A stretch of 59,547 nucleotides of DNA, filler included, from Actinomycetota bacterium (lineage in GTDB: Bacteria; Actinomycetota; Actinomycetes; JAKEEW01), in NCBI GenBank assembly GCA_046725875.1. It is 4 parts of 4 records of this genome, joined end to end, with 100 filler letters (N's around TTAATTAATTAA, not from the genome) between each part and the next. Parts side by side here need not be neighbours in the genome. Positions count along the whole stretch, not along the records: positions 1 to 13,932 come from JBKOZJ010000190.1; 3 more parts are not named here. One strand, given 5' to 3'. Positions 1 through 9,851 of this stretch are shown in pieces. The position numbers were made by a program, and so were the translations under genes. Each line of letters begins with the position of its first letter. The stretch's first letter is position 1. Under the pieces are notes generated by a model. That model did no database searches. It was not told where the DNA came from and saw only the letters and a program-made list of their open reading frames with translations.

Positions 1-1349
1 ACGGCGGTTTCGTGGAGGTGCCGCGAGGTGTCGAGGAGCACGCCACCAGGCGTCGCGAAGATCCCTTGGACCCGGCCTCCGGGGCGGGTCAGGTAGAGGA
101 CGAGCGCCCGCCCGCCCTCCGGCTCGGGTCGGCCCGGCTCCTGCTCTCGGTCCGCTCCGGCCGCGCCTGCCGGCTGCAGGCCTGGGTTGAGTACGGCAAC
201 CAGCCGCGGCGCGCCCGGAATCCACGGAACGCCGACGTAGTCCTCGGGCACGGCGAGCTCGGCCAGTCTCCGACGCAACTCGGCTGCGGTGATGATCGAT
301 CGGTCCTCGGGTCGGTGGGCGAGGCAGTCGGTAAACAGCCGCCGCCAGCCGGGTGACAAGCGGTCGTCGATGGAGTAGCGGGCATGGCAGACCAGGTCGT
401 ACTGCTGCTCTGGCGTGACGCCGGCGGTGATGTGGCGACCGGTAAGCATTCGGTGCATGGTCACGGCAAGTGCCCAGACGTCGCTGGATTGGTCCGGTTT
501 CCAACTTGGCGACGGTGCCATGCTCTGCACGTTGGGCTCTTTGCGGCCGGGCGTCCTCGGTTGCTCCCCCGCTTTGGGACCGCCGGCCGGCAGGCGAACT
601 GCCGGCTCGGTGGTCTGGAAGTCGCCGTTCTGGCACGACTCTGGCGGGAGGTAGGCAAGGGTTCGCGCGGTCAGGGCGGGTGCCGCGATCGCCGGGTCGG
701 ACCTCGTGGAGACACCGAAGTCAGCGATCTTGAAGGCCGGCCCGACCCGCAGTACGTTGCTCGGCTTGATGTCGCCGTGCACTACTCGGCGACTGTGAAT
801 GTGCTCCAGGCCCGCCGCGACCTGTTCGAAGATGCCCGCCCATCCCTGTTCGTCGGGCCGCGTGCGGCGCGCGAAGCCGTACAAATCCTCGGCGGCCAGC
901 TCGAGGACCAGCCCGACGAAGCTCGCCCGGACCTGGCCGGCCTCCCCTGCAGCGGCCGGGCTGCGAGGCGCCTCCCCCTCCTGTGGAGCCTCCGCAGTCT
1001 TGTCAGATGCGCCTGCCCTGTCTGGTTCGCCGTGTTGGTTGGGGAGAGTGAACCGGAAGCTGGTGATCAGGCCGAGGACGTTCTCGTGGCCTTCCACCTC
1101 GGTGATCCTCTCGGCCTCGTCCCGAACCTGGGTTAGCTCCGCCTCGGTTCCTCGGATGCACTTGAGCGCCCGCTCCTCCGGGCCGAACTCGGTCCGCGTC
1201 CGCTCGGTCGCCGGGCGCACGACATAGACGGACGAGTATCCGCCGTCCGCAAGGTGGCGCACGATCTCCCAGGTGGTCGGCTCCTCGCCAACCATGTCCC
1301 CGGTGGCCAGCGGCACGACGCCCACCGGAGCATGCGGTGTCGGCGTCAC
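1..1349 (-). CDS. Hanks-type Ser/Thr protein kinase (3' end runs off the window; absent from the ORF track)
   Basis: Manual minus-strand translation from GTG 1349 (AGGAGG upstream): LADGGYSSVY, ALKC, VVHGDIKPSNVL, KIADFG, TLAYLPPE, SDVWALAV. The + ORF 384-1136 is its antisense shadow. Confidence 0.9.
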   Translation of the reverse strand, partial: MTPTPHAPVGVVPLATGDMVGEEPTTWEIVRHLADGGYSSVYVVRPATERTRTEFGPEERALKCIRGTEAELTQVRDEAERITEVEGHENVLGLITSFRFTLPNQHGEPDRAGASDKTAEAPQEGEAPRSPAAAGEAGQVRASFVGLVLELAAEDLYGFARRTRPDEQGWAGIFEQVAAGLEHIHSRRVVHGDIKPSNVLRVGPAFKIADFGVSTRSDPAIAAPALTARTLAYLPPESCQNGDFQTTEPAVRLPAGGPKAGEQPRTPGRKEPNVQSMAPSPSWKPDQSSDVWALAVTMHRMLTGRHITAGVTPEQQYDLVCHARYSIDDRLSPGWRRLFTDCLAHRPEDRSIITAAELRRRLAELAVPEDYVGVPWIPGAPRLVAVLNPGLQPAGAAGADREQEPGRPEPEGGRALVLYLTRPGGRVQGIFATPGGVLLDTSRHLHETA

Positions 1350-1684
1350 CGGTGCCCCCTCCTGGTCGCATTCGTACAGCTGGGCCGGCCCATGCTTCAC
1401 AGTCTTGCGCTCCCGGGCGATGTCCGGGATGGCCCCGCCGGAGAGCGTAGCCGCCGACCGGTTGAGGATCACCCCTTCGATGCGACATCGCGTTGGTTCG
1501 TTCCATCCCCGATTGAAACCGGTGCGTCTCGTCGAGCCGCTCCCCGGGGAGGGGTTTCCCCCGTTGTCGGCCGCCGCGTCCACCGCGAGCCTGGCTGCAG
1601 ATCGACGACAACCGGTTAGCCGCAATCCGGTTCCACTTCCGGAGAGCGCCTGCTCCCCGGGGCTCGAGAGGGTGTGAGGATCCG

Positions 1685-2305
1685 ATGACGGAGTGGGTGG
1701 AGGTCTTCCCGGCATACCGGGATGGTTTGGTGCGTTTCGCCGAGACCTATGCGCACCGGCGGTGTGAGGCCGAGGACGTGGTCCAGGATGTGTTCGTCCG
1801 GCTGCTCCGGCCGGGCGGGGCGGCTGTTCCCGAGCGGCCAGGTGCCTATCTACGACGCGCGGTCGCGAATGAGTGTGTCAGCCACTGGCGGCGCCGGCAG
1901 CGTGAACGCCTGACGGCCGACATTCCTGACTGGACTGCCCTGCCTGACCCGGCGAACGCTACCGTCGACCGCCTGGTGGTTCGGGCCGCGGTCGGGAAGT
2001 TGCCGCTGCGGATGCGCCAGGTGGTCGCGCTCAGTTTCCTGGAGGGGATGAGCGACGCGGACGTGGCGCTGGCCCTGGCCATCACGCCGGTGACCGTGCG
2101 TACGACCCGAGCCAGGGCACTGCGGCATCTCGCGAGCCTGCTGGCCGACCACCGCCCATCCAGCCGGGGACCCGCGACCCGAGGCGAGCCGAAGGCCAAG
2201 GTTCGCCAGCTTGAGCCGGCCGTCCTGACCCAGCGCGAGCAGGTCGAGCGGGCGGGAGCCGGCGGCAGCGCGCCAGAGTCAGCCGAGCTCGCCGCGGCCG
2301 CCTGA
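1685..2305 (+). CDS. ECF sigma factor (sigma-70 group 4, SigE-like)
   Basis: Region 2 EAEDVVQDVF...YLRRAVANECVSHWRR; region 4 LPLRMRQVVALSFLEGMSDADVALAL. Confidence 0.9.
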   Translation: MTEWVEVFPAYRDGLVRFAETYAHRRCEAEDVVQDVFVRLLRPGGAAVPERPGAYLRRAVANECVSHWRRRQRERLTADIPDWTALPDPANATVDRLVVRAAVGKLPLRMRQVVALSFLEGMSDADVALALAITPVTVRTTRARALRHLASLLADHRPSSRGPATRGEPKAKVRQLEPAVLTQREQVERAGAGGSAPESAELAAAA

Positions 2306-2836
2306 ACCGCCGCGGGGCGTCGGCCGACTCCTTGCGCCGGGCGATGGCTGGGACACCTGACCCACCAGCGGCAACACCCGATAGGGGATCTGCGTCGCCA
2401 AGGCGATGACCGTCGACGTCCGGACGATCCCGTCGAAGCTCACAATGCGGTCGATCACTCGCTGGAGGTCGGCGTTGGAACGCCCGACAATGCGGCAGAT
2501 CAGGTCAGCCGCGCCGGTGATCGTATACGCCTCCAACACCTCTGGAATAGTAGCGAGATGGTCCGCGACAGCGTCGTGGCCGCCCTTCTGCCGGATCTCC
2601 AGGGTCACGAACGCCATCACGGCATAGCCGAGCGCCGCCGGATCGAGATCCGGTCCGAATCCGACGATCACACCGCGGTTCTGCAGCCGGTCCAGGCGGG
2701 CCTGGACCGTCCCGCGCGCCACCCCGAGCCGGCGGGACGCCTCGAGCACGCCGATCCTGGGCTCGGCAGCGAACAGGAGGATGAGCTGCGCGTCGAGCGG
2801 ATCGAGGGTGTGCTCATCCAGCTCGCTCCGGTCCAT
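2279..2836 (-). CDS. Lrp/AsnC family transcriptional regulator, divergent from hppD
   Basis: LDPLDAQLI...SRRLGVARGTVQARLDRL helix-turn-helix; IPEVLEAYTITGAADL ligand domain. Confidence 0.92.
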   Translation of the reverse strand: MDRSELDEHTLDPLDAQLILLFAAEPRIGVLEASRRLGVARGTVQARLDRLQNRGVIVGFGPDLDPAALGYAVMAFVTLEIRQKGGHDAVADHLATIPEVLEAYTITGAADLICRIVGRSNADLQRVIDRIVSFDGIVRTSTVIALATQIPYRVLPLVGQVSQPSPGARSRPTPRGGSGGRGELG

Positions 2837-2856
2837 GGCGCAAGAGCATCCAGACT

Positions 2857-4228
<1,372 letters not shown>

Positions 4229-4232
4229 ATCT

Positions 4233-4291
4233 AACTCCGCGGCCGCTCGGGCCCGTGGATCAACTTTGCGGCGGCCAACTCCGCGGCGGCC
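4233..4291. repeat. Short imperfect direct repeats between convergent genes
   Basis: AACTCCGCGGCC (4233), AACTTTGCGGCGGCC (4262), AACTCCGCGGCGGCC (4277). Confidence 0.5.
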
Positions 4292-4294
4292 CAC

Positions 4295-6100
4295 TCAGCG
4301 CCGGGTTCTTGGTCGTGCTTTCTTCCCCTGGGGCTGGACAACCCGAGCCGCCGCCTCCTTGAGGGCGGCGATCGCGTCGTCGTCCGCGGTGAGCGACGGC
4401 CCCGACTCGGCGGCCTCGGGCGACTCGCCTGCGGGCGAATCCGCGCCGACCGGCTCATCCGCGGACTTGGCCGCACCTGCCTCGTCGAGCGTGGTCCCGC
4501 TGTCCGTGGGTTCGGCGTCGGCGTTGTCGGCCCGGACTGGCTCGGCGGCGCCGGTCTTCGTTTCCTCGCCTGCGACGGATCCGCCGGGCACCTCATCGTG
4601 CTCACCAGTGGCCGATTCGTCGGTGCCAGGTTCGCCGTCCGTTGCCGCGGCCTCGTGGTCAGGCGCATCGGACAGCGCGGCGCCCTGTTCCGCGACGGCA
4701 TCCGGCTGCGGCTCGTGGTACTCGTCGTCCTCGCCCATCATCGCGGCCAGTGCGGGCGGGAACGTCTCTTCGCCGGGCGGTTCGGTCTCGTCCTGCTCGC
4801 TCCCTGGAGTCTCGCCCCGGCCTTCCGCCTCGCGTGTCTCGCTGTCCGCTTCCGTCGGCCCGGCTCTCCCAGCCGCCTCGTCCGGTCCCGCCGCTGCTTT
4901 CTCCGCCTCGGCTGTCTTGTCGTCGACTGGCGACGCCGCGGTCGAACCAATGCCGTCCGCGGTTGTGGTCTCGGCTCCCGGCGGCTCGGATTGACTGGGC
5001 AAGATATCCGGCCGCGCACCCTCGACGCTCACCGACGAGTCCATGCTGTCCGCCGCGGCGTCCGGGGCAACCTGCGGTTGGGCCGGAATGGTAAGCCGCG
5101 GACCCGCGCCGTTGGGGGACGCTTCATCCTCGTCCGGGGTGGTGGACACTCCCTCGCTGAGCGCGGACGCCCGTGGCGGAGCTTCCACAGCCAGGCGGGG
5201 CGGCAGGACGGTCGGCAGTCCGGCAAGGTCGGCCGCGAGAATGACCTCCGTTCCGGCGAGCCCCACCGAACAGAACATAGTGACCTGGTCGTCATCGGTC
5301 CGGCCGCCGGCAGCGCCAACGAGCACCTTGCCAAGCTCCACCATGCTCCGCGTGCTGAGGGCATGGGGCTGCGGGTTGCCGTGGACCTGCGCGAGCGAAT
5401 CCGTGACCACCAGGTGCACGCGGTCGAGCAGGTCAAGCGGGATCTCGTGCGCGGACAGCGTCTTTGGTCCGACGCTGGTCACGTGCATCCCGGGCTCGAG
5501 CCATGCGCTGTCGAAGACCGGCGTCGAACTGTTCGTCGCCACGATAACGGCATCACGGTGGCGGAACGCTCTCCGCGCGCTGTCCACCGCGACGGCATCG
5601 ACGAGCAGCTGCTCCCGGCAGCGTGCGGCGAAGCACTCTCGCCAATAGGGGTTGCGGCTGTAGACCTTGATGTGCGACCAGTCGCGGACCGCCGTCGCAG
5701 CCCAGACCTGAGCCCATGCCTGGTGGCCGGTTCCGATCACTCCAAGAGTGTTCGCATCCGGCTTGGCAAGCGCGTCGATGGCGACCGCGCCGATCGCTCC
5801 CGTCCGGCGTCGGCCCAGCTCGGCTCCTAATACGACCGCAGCGAGCCGACGGCTCTCGCTGTCCCAGACCGCGACGACCTGCTCGGAGTCGACATGATCG
5901 TAGATGCGGACGCCATGGACGAGGCCCTCGAGCGCCCCCGCCGTGTAGACGAGCCGGCCGGGCGCGATGTCGTTGTATGCCCGCGCCGGCGCGCTCAGCC
6001 GCCCCTCACCATGTGCGCTAAGGGCGCGGCGGGTGACGGCGATCGCCCGGCTCGCCGTGCACGAGCGAGCGACGTCGGCGTCGGTAAGGATCAAGACCAC
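4295..6100 (-). CDS. Ornithine cyclodeaminase/mu-crystallin family protein with a long acidic low-complexity C-terminal extension
   Basis: RRTGAIGAVA, GVIGTGHQA, VATNSSTPVF, GMHVTSVG, FCSVGLAG in the first ~295 aa; the remainder is D/E/A/P/G-rich. Confidence 0.85.
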   Translation of the reverse strand: MVLILTDADVARSCTASRAIAVTRRALSAHGEGRLSAPARAYNDIAPGRLVYTAGALEGLVHGVRIYDHVDSEQVVAVWDSESRRLAAVVLGAELGRRRTGAIGAVAIDALAKPDANTLGVIGTGHQAWAQVWAATAVRDWSHIKVYSRNPYWRECFAARCREQLLVDAVAVDSARRAFRHRDAVIVATNSSTPVFDSAWLEPGMHVTSVGPKTLSAHEIPLDLLDRVHLVVTDSLAQVHGNPQPHALSTRSMVELGKVLVGAAGGRTDDDQVTMFCSVGLAGTEVILAADLAGLPTVLPPRLAVEAPPRASALSEGVSTTPDEDEASPNGAGPRLTIPAQPQVAPDAAADSMDSSVSVEGARPDILPSQSEPPGAETTTADGIGSTAASPVDDKTAEAEKAAAGPDEAAGRAGPTEADSETREAEGRGETPGSEQDETEPPGEETFPPALAAMMGEDDEYHEPQPDAVAEQGAALSDAPDHEAAATDGEPGTDESATGEHDEVPGGSVAGEETKTGAAEPVRADNADAEPTDSGTTLDEAGAAKSADEPVGADSPAGESPEAAESGPSLTADDDAIAALKEAAARVVQPQGKKARPRTRR

Positions 6101-6264
6101 GGCAGGCGCTCCACTCGATCCGGTATCAAGTCGTCTAGGAAGCTGGCGCCCTCTCGACTGCCACCTACTAGACAGGCTCCGACGTTAGCGGACGACCGGG
6201 CCGAATGTGGACCTCTTGGCCGGTTCGAGTGTCGCCGGCGGTGCATCCATCCCGATTCCTCACT

Positions 6265-7578
6265 TCAGGTGGTGGCCGAGGGGCGGACGGTCCCGCTCAG
6301 GGAGCCGAAGCCAAGCCGGGAATCGGCCGGTCCCGACGCCGTGGCCCGGATGGTTACGGTATCCCCGTCCTCCAGGAAGGATCGCCGCGAGCCGTCGGCA
6401 AGGATCACTGGCTCGGCGCCGTTCCAGGAGAGCTCGAGGAAGCTGCCGCATTGGTCGCGGGCCGGCCCAGAGACCGTTCCGGAGGCATAGAGGTCCCCGG
6501 TTCGGACCGAGGCGCCGTTCACTGTCATGTGCGCGAGCTGCTGCGCCGGCGTCCAGTACATCTCGGCGAACGGTGGGCGGGACACGACCGTGTCGTTCCA
6601 CTCCACCTCCAGTAGCAGCTCAAGCCCCCAGGAGCGGTCGTCGGCCAGATAGGGCAGCACCGGCGGCTCCTGCGCGGGTGCGGTCACGCGGGCGTGCTCA
6701 AGTGCGTCCAGTGGCACGACCCACGGTGAGATCGACGTCGCGAATGACTTACCGAGGAACGGGCCGAGCGGCACGTACTCCCATGACTGGATGTCCCGTG
6801 CGCTCCAGTCGTTGACCAGGACCGCCCCGAAGACGTGCTCCCGGAAGGAGGCTACGGGCACCGACTCGCCCAGCTTCGACGGCACACCGATGACGAACCC
6901 AACCTCCGCCTCGATATCGAGGCGAGTGGACGGGCCGAAGGAGGGCTGCGCATTGCGGGCCACCCGTCGCTGGCCACTCGGCCGGACGATCGGCGTCCCC
7001 GACACGACGACCGTGCCGGCCCGCCCGTGGTAGCCGATCGGCAGGTGCCGCCAGTTCGGCGTCAGTGGCTCACTGTCCGGGCGGAACAACCGTCCGACGT
7101 TCTCTGCATGGTGTCTCGACGAGTAGAAGTCGACGTAGTCCCCGATCTCGACCGGCAGGTGCAACGTCACCTCGGACTGTGGCACCAGATAGGGCGAGAC
7201 CGCATCGCGATACACCGGAGCGGAGAGCAGCTCCGACAGGCGTTCCCGGACCGCGCTCCAGGCCGGCCGACCTCGCGACATGAACTGATTGAGGGACGGC
7301 ATGGCGAAGTCGTTGGAGTACGGAACATGGACGCCGCTTGCGGCAAGCGCGGCGACATCAAGGACGCACTCCCCGATGGCGACACCGACTCGCGGTCGTC
7401 CGTTCCGATCGCGCGAGTTCGCGGCGAAGACGCCGTAGGGCAGGTTGGAAAGTGGAAAGTCCGACCCCTCCGGCACGCCGATCCAGGTCGAGGGTGCGTC
7501 CGCTTGCGAAGGCCGGGTGAATCTTAGGGGGTTATCCCGCTGAGGCGCTCGACGTGACGTCTCGCGGGACGGCGTCAT
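6265..7578 (-). CDS. fahA: Fumarylacetoacetase
   Basis: DFPLSNLPYG, GDYVDFYSSRHHAENVG, NDWSARDIQSWEYVPLGPFLGKSFATS. Confidence 0.96.
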   Translation of the reverse strand: MTPSRETSRRAPQRDNPLRFTRPSQADAPSTWIGVPEGSDFPLSNLPYGVFAANSRDRNGRPRVGVAIGECVLDVAALAASGVHVPYSNDFAMPSLNQFMSRGRPAWSAVRERLSELLSAPVYRDAVSPYLVPQSEVTLHLPVEIGDYVDFYSSRHHAENVGRLFRPDSEPLTPNWRHLPIGYHGRAGTVVVSGTPIVRPSGQRRVARNAQPSFGPSTRLDIEAEVGFVIGVPSKLGESVPVASFREHVFGAVLVNDWSARDIQSWEYVPLGPFLGKSFATSISPWVVPLDALEHARVTAPAQEPPVLPYLADDRSWGLELLLEVEWNDTVVSRPPFAEMYWTPAQQLAHMTVNGASVRTGDLYASGTVSGPARDQCGSFLELSWNGAEPVILADGSRRSFLEDGDTVTIRATASGPADSRLGFGSLSGTVRPSATT

Positions 7579-8462
7579 GTGACATCCTGCGCGACCACCG
7601 GTGGCGGCTCATATCTCTCGATCAGCCCGAGCGCTGCGAGGTCGTCGACCGGCTCGTCTACGCTGCACGTGCCGAATCCCGTGAAACTGCTCCGGATGGC
7701 GGCGGCTGCGCTCGCGTCCACGCCGAGCGTGGTGGCGACCAGCGCTGCTGTCTCCTTGCTCGCGAGAATCTCGATGAGATCGTCGACCGAGCCGCCTTCC
7801 GTCGCCGCGTGGGTGGCGAGGAGGATGTTGAGGAAGCCGTGATGCTCGAAGCCGCTGTGTTGGTCGCCGTGGCGTACGGCCTGATGCAGCCCGGCGGTGC
7901 ATTTGAACGGAGCGCCCTCGGTCACGCTTGCCCGGACGAACTCGGCCACCTCGATCTCGCTCGGGAAGGCATCGGCAACCAGCCCACCCGTGCGAAGCTT
8001 GACTCCGTAACCACGCGCGGCGACCAGCGAGAGTGCGTCTCGCCAACCGGCAATCCGGGGGAGCTCGACGAACGCCGCGATGTCATCGGTCAGTCGGGAA
8101 AATGCGCGCACCGCCTCGTGTGCTGCGGCAGCGGGGTCGCCATCGACACCGATGGGGACCTCGATCGCGGTAAGCCTCAGACGGGAGTCGTCCGCGCTGG
8201 CACTGACCGCGTCAGGCAGTCGCTCCAGACCGGTATCAAGGATCAGGCTGACCGCGAAGCGGTCATCGTCCACGAGCTCAGCCTGCAGCTCGTCGAGCCG
8301 CGAGGCCGGGCATAGAAACCGGCCGACCAGATCCGCGTAGTCTCCGGTGCGATGATGGCGATGCTCTTTGACCGCGGTTGACATCGGCATGTTGCCCGGG
8401 GGGAAAAGCGATGCATCATCAACTAGGGCAGCCAAAAGCGGGCTCACTGCTCCGGTTGACAT
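7575..8462 (-). CDS. Conserved hypothetical protein, translationally coupled to fahA
   Basis: LVDDASLFPPG, VKLRTGG, PFKCTAGLHQAVRH, HHGFLNIL, FGTCS; ATGA overlap with fahA; ATG 8462 chosen as start. Confidence 0.85.
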   Translation of the reverse strand: MSTGAVSPLLAALVDDASLFPPGNMPMSTAVKEHRHHRTGDYADLVGRFLCPASRLDELQAELVDDDRFAVSLILDTGLERLPDAVSASADDSRLRLTAIEVPIGVDGDPAAAAHEAVRAFSRLTDDIAAFVELPRIAGWRDALSLVAARGYGVKLRTGGLVADAFPSEIEVAEFVRASVTEGAPFKCTAGLHQAVRHGDQHSGFEHHGFLNILLATHAATEGGSVDDLIEILASKETAALVATTLGVDASAAAAIRSSFTGFGTCSVDEPVDDLAALGLIERYEPPPVVAQDVT

Positions 8463-8481
8463 GTCCGTGACCTTACCGCAA

Positions 8482-8519
8482 TGTTCTTCTATAGGACAAT
8501 GCTGTCCGATAATCGGACA
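8482..8519. promoter_or_regulatory. Operator pair in the divergent hypothetical-fahA / hmgA promoter (IclR-like)
   Basis: Perfect palindrome TGTCCGAT-A-ATCGGACA (8503-8519) and degenerate TGTTCTTCTATAGGACA (8482-8498), 21 bp apart. Confidence 0.65.
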
Positions 8520-8561
8520 CACCTGCTAGACGGTCGAACGGGGCCAGGAAGGCATCGAACC

Positions 8562-9764
8562 ATGCCGTACTACCGGGCGGTGGGGCAGATCCCGCACAAG
8601 CGACACACGCAGTTCCGTAGGCCAGACGGCGGGCTCTATGCAGAGGAGCTGATGGGGATCGAGGGGTTCTCCAGCGAGTCCGCGCTCCTCTATCACGAGG
8701 GTCTGCCGACGGCGATCGTCGACGTTGAGGAGTGGACGATGCCGGCCGACACCTCGACGCCGAACCATCCGCTCAAGCCGAGACACTTTACGACCCACAA
8801 GCTCGACACCGGCGGGGCTGACGCCGTGAACGGGCGGCAGCTGTTGCTCGCCAATGGAGATGTCCGGGTTTCGTACGCGGGGGTCGACTCACCGTCGGCC
8901 CTCTATCGAAATGCGATCGGGGACGAGTGTGTTTATGTGGAGTCCGGCCGAGCGACGGTCGAGACGGTCTTTGGCGCGCTCACGGTAGCCAAGGGTGACT
9001 ACGTGGTGCTGCCGACCTCGACGACGCACAGGTGGATTCCGGACGAATCGGCGGATGGCGGACCGCTCCGGCTCTTCGTCGTGGAGGCGACCGGACATAT
9101 CGCGCCGCCGGGCCGCTATCTCACCAGACGCGGTCAGTTCAACGAGTTCTCGCCCTACTGCGAACGTGACCTGCGTGGGCCGACCGAGCCGCTGGTCGTG
9201 CCGGGCGAGGACGTCGAGGTTTTCGTACGCCATCGAAGCGGCGGCACGCGCTTCGTTTACGCACGCCACCCGTTCGACGTGGTCGGTTGGGATGGCTGCC
9301 TCTACCCGTACGCCTTCAACATCGAGGACTTCGAGCCGATTACCGGGCGAGTCCACCAGCCGCCGCCGGTGCATCAGACTTTCGCCGGCCCGAACTTCGT
9401 CATCTGCTCGTTCGTTCCGCGGAAGTTCGATTACCACCCGCTGTCGATTCCGGCTCCGTATAACCATGCGAACGTCGACTCCGACGAGGTCATCTTCTAT
9501 GTGGGCGGCGATTTCATGTCACGCAAAGGCGCAGGTATCGAGCTCGGGTCCATCTCGCTTCATCCGAACGGCTTCACGCACGGCCCGCAGCCAGGATCGG
9601 TGGAGGCGTCGATCGGCAAGGAGGCGACCGACGAGTGGGCGGTCATGGTTGACACATTCCGCCCGCTCGAGCTGGGCGACGCGGCGCTGGCCTGCGAAGA
9701 CACGGCGTACGCATGGACCTGGGCCGGTCGGCGCAACGACGGCCCGGATAGCACCACGGGGTGA
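8562..9764 (+). CDS. hmgA: Homogentisate 1,2-dioxygenase
   Basis: MPYYR..G.IPHKRHTQFR, HPFDVVGWDG, HQPPPVHQTF, PYNHANVDSDEV, HGPQPG; ATG 8562 follows AGGAAGG. Confidence 0.95.
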   Translation: MPYYRAVGQIPHKRHTQFRRPDGGLYAEELMGIEGFSSESALLYHEGLPTAIVDVEEWTMPADTSTPNHPLKPRHFTTHKLDTGGADAVNGRQLLLANGDVRVSYAGVDSPSALYRNAIGDECVYVESGRATVETVFGALTVAKGDYVVLPTSTTHRWIPDESADGGPLRLFVVEATGHIAPPGRYLTRRGQFNEFSPYCERDLRGPTEPLVVPGEDVEVFVRHRSGGTRFVYARHPFDVVGWDGCLYPYAFNIEDFEPITGRVHQPPPVHQTFAGPNFVICSFVPRKFDYHPLSIPAPYNHANVDSDEVIFYVGGDFMSRKGAGIELGSISLHPNGFTHGPQPGSVEASIGKEATDEWAVMVDTFRPLELGDAALACEDTAYAWTWAGRRNDGPDSTTG

Positions 9765-9851
9765 CACGCCGCGGGCGACTCCCCGGCCGCGCTCGGTCGG
9801 GGTAGGGTAGCGGCCCAACATTCGCCGCGCGCCCTGGAGGAAGCCGCCGCC

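Noticed and set aside
384..1136. Long antisense ORFs (also 2894-4294, 20277-21689, 31316-32680, 40349-42019, 52328-53542)
   Set aside because: Shadow frames of well-supported genes in high-GC DNA; no motifs of their own.
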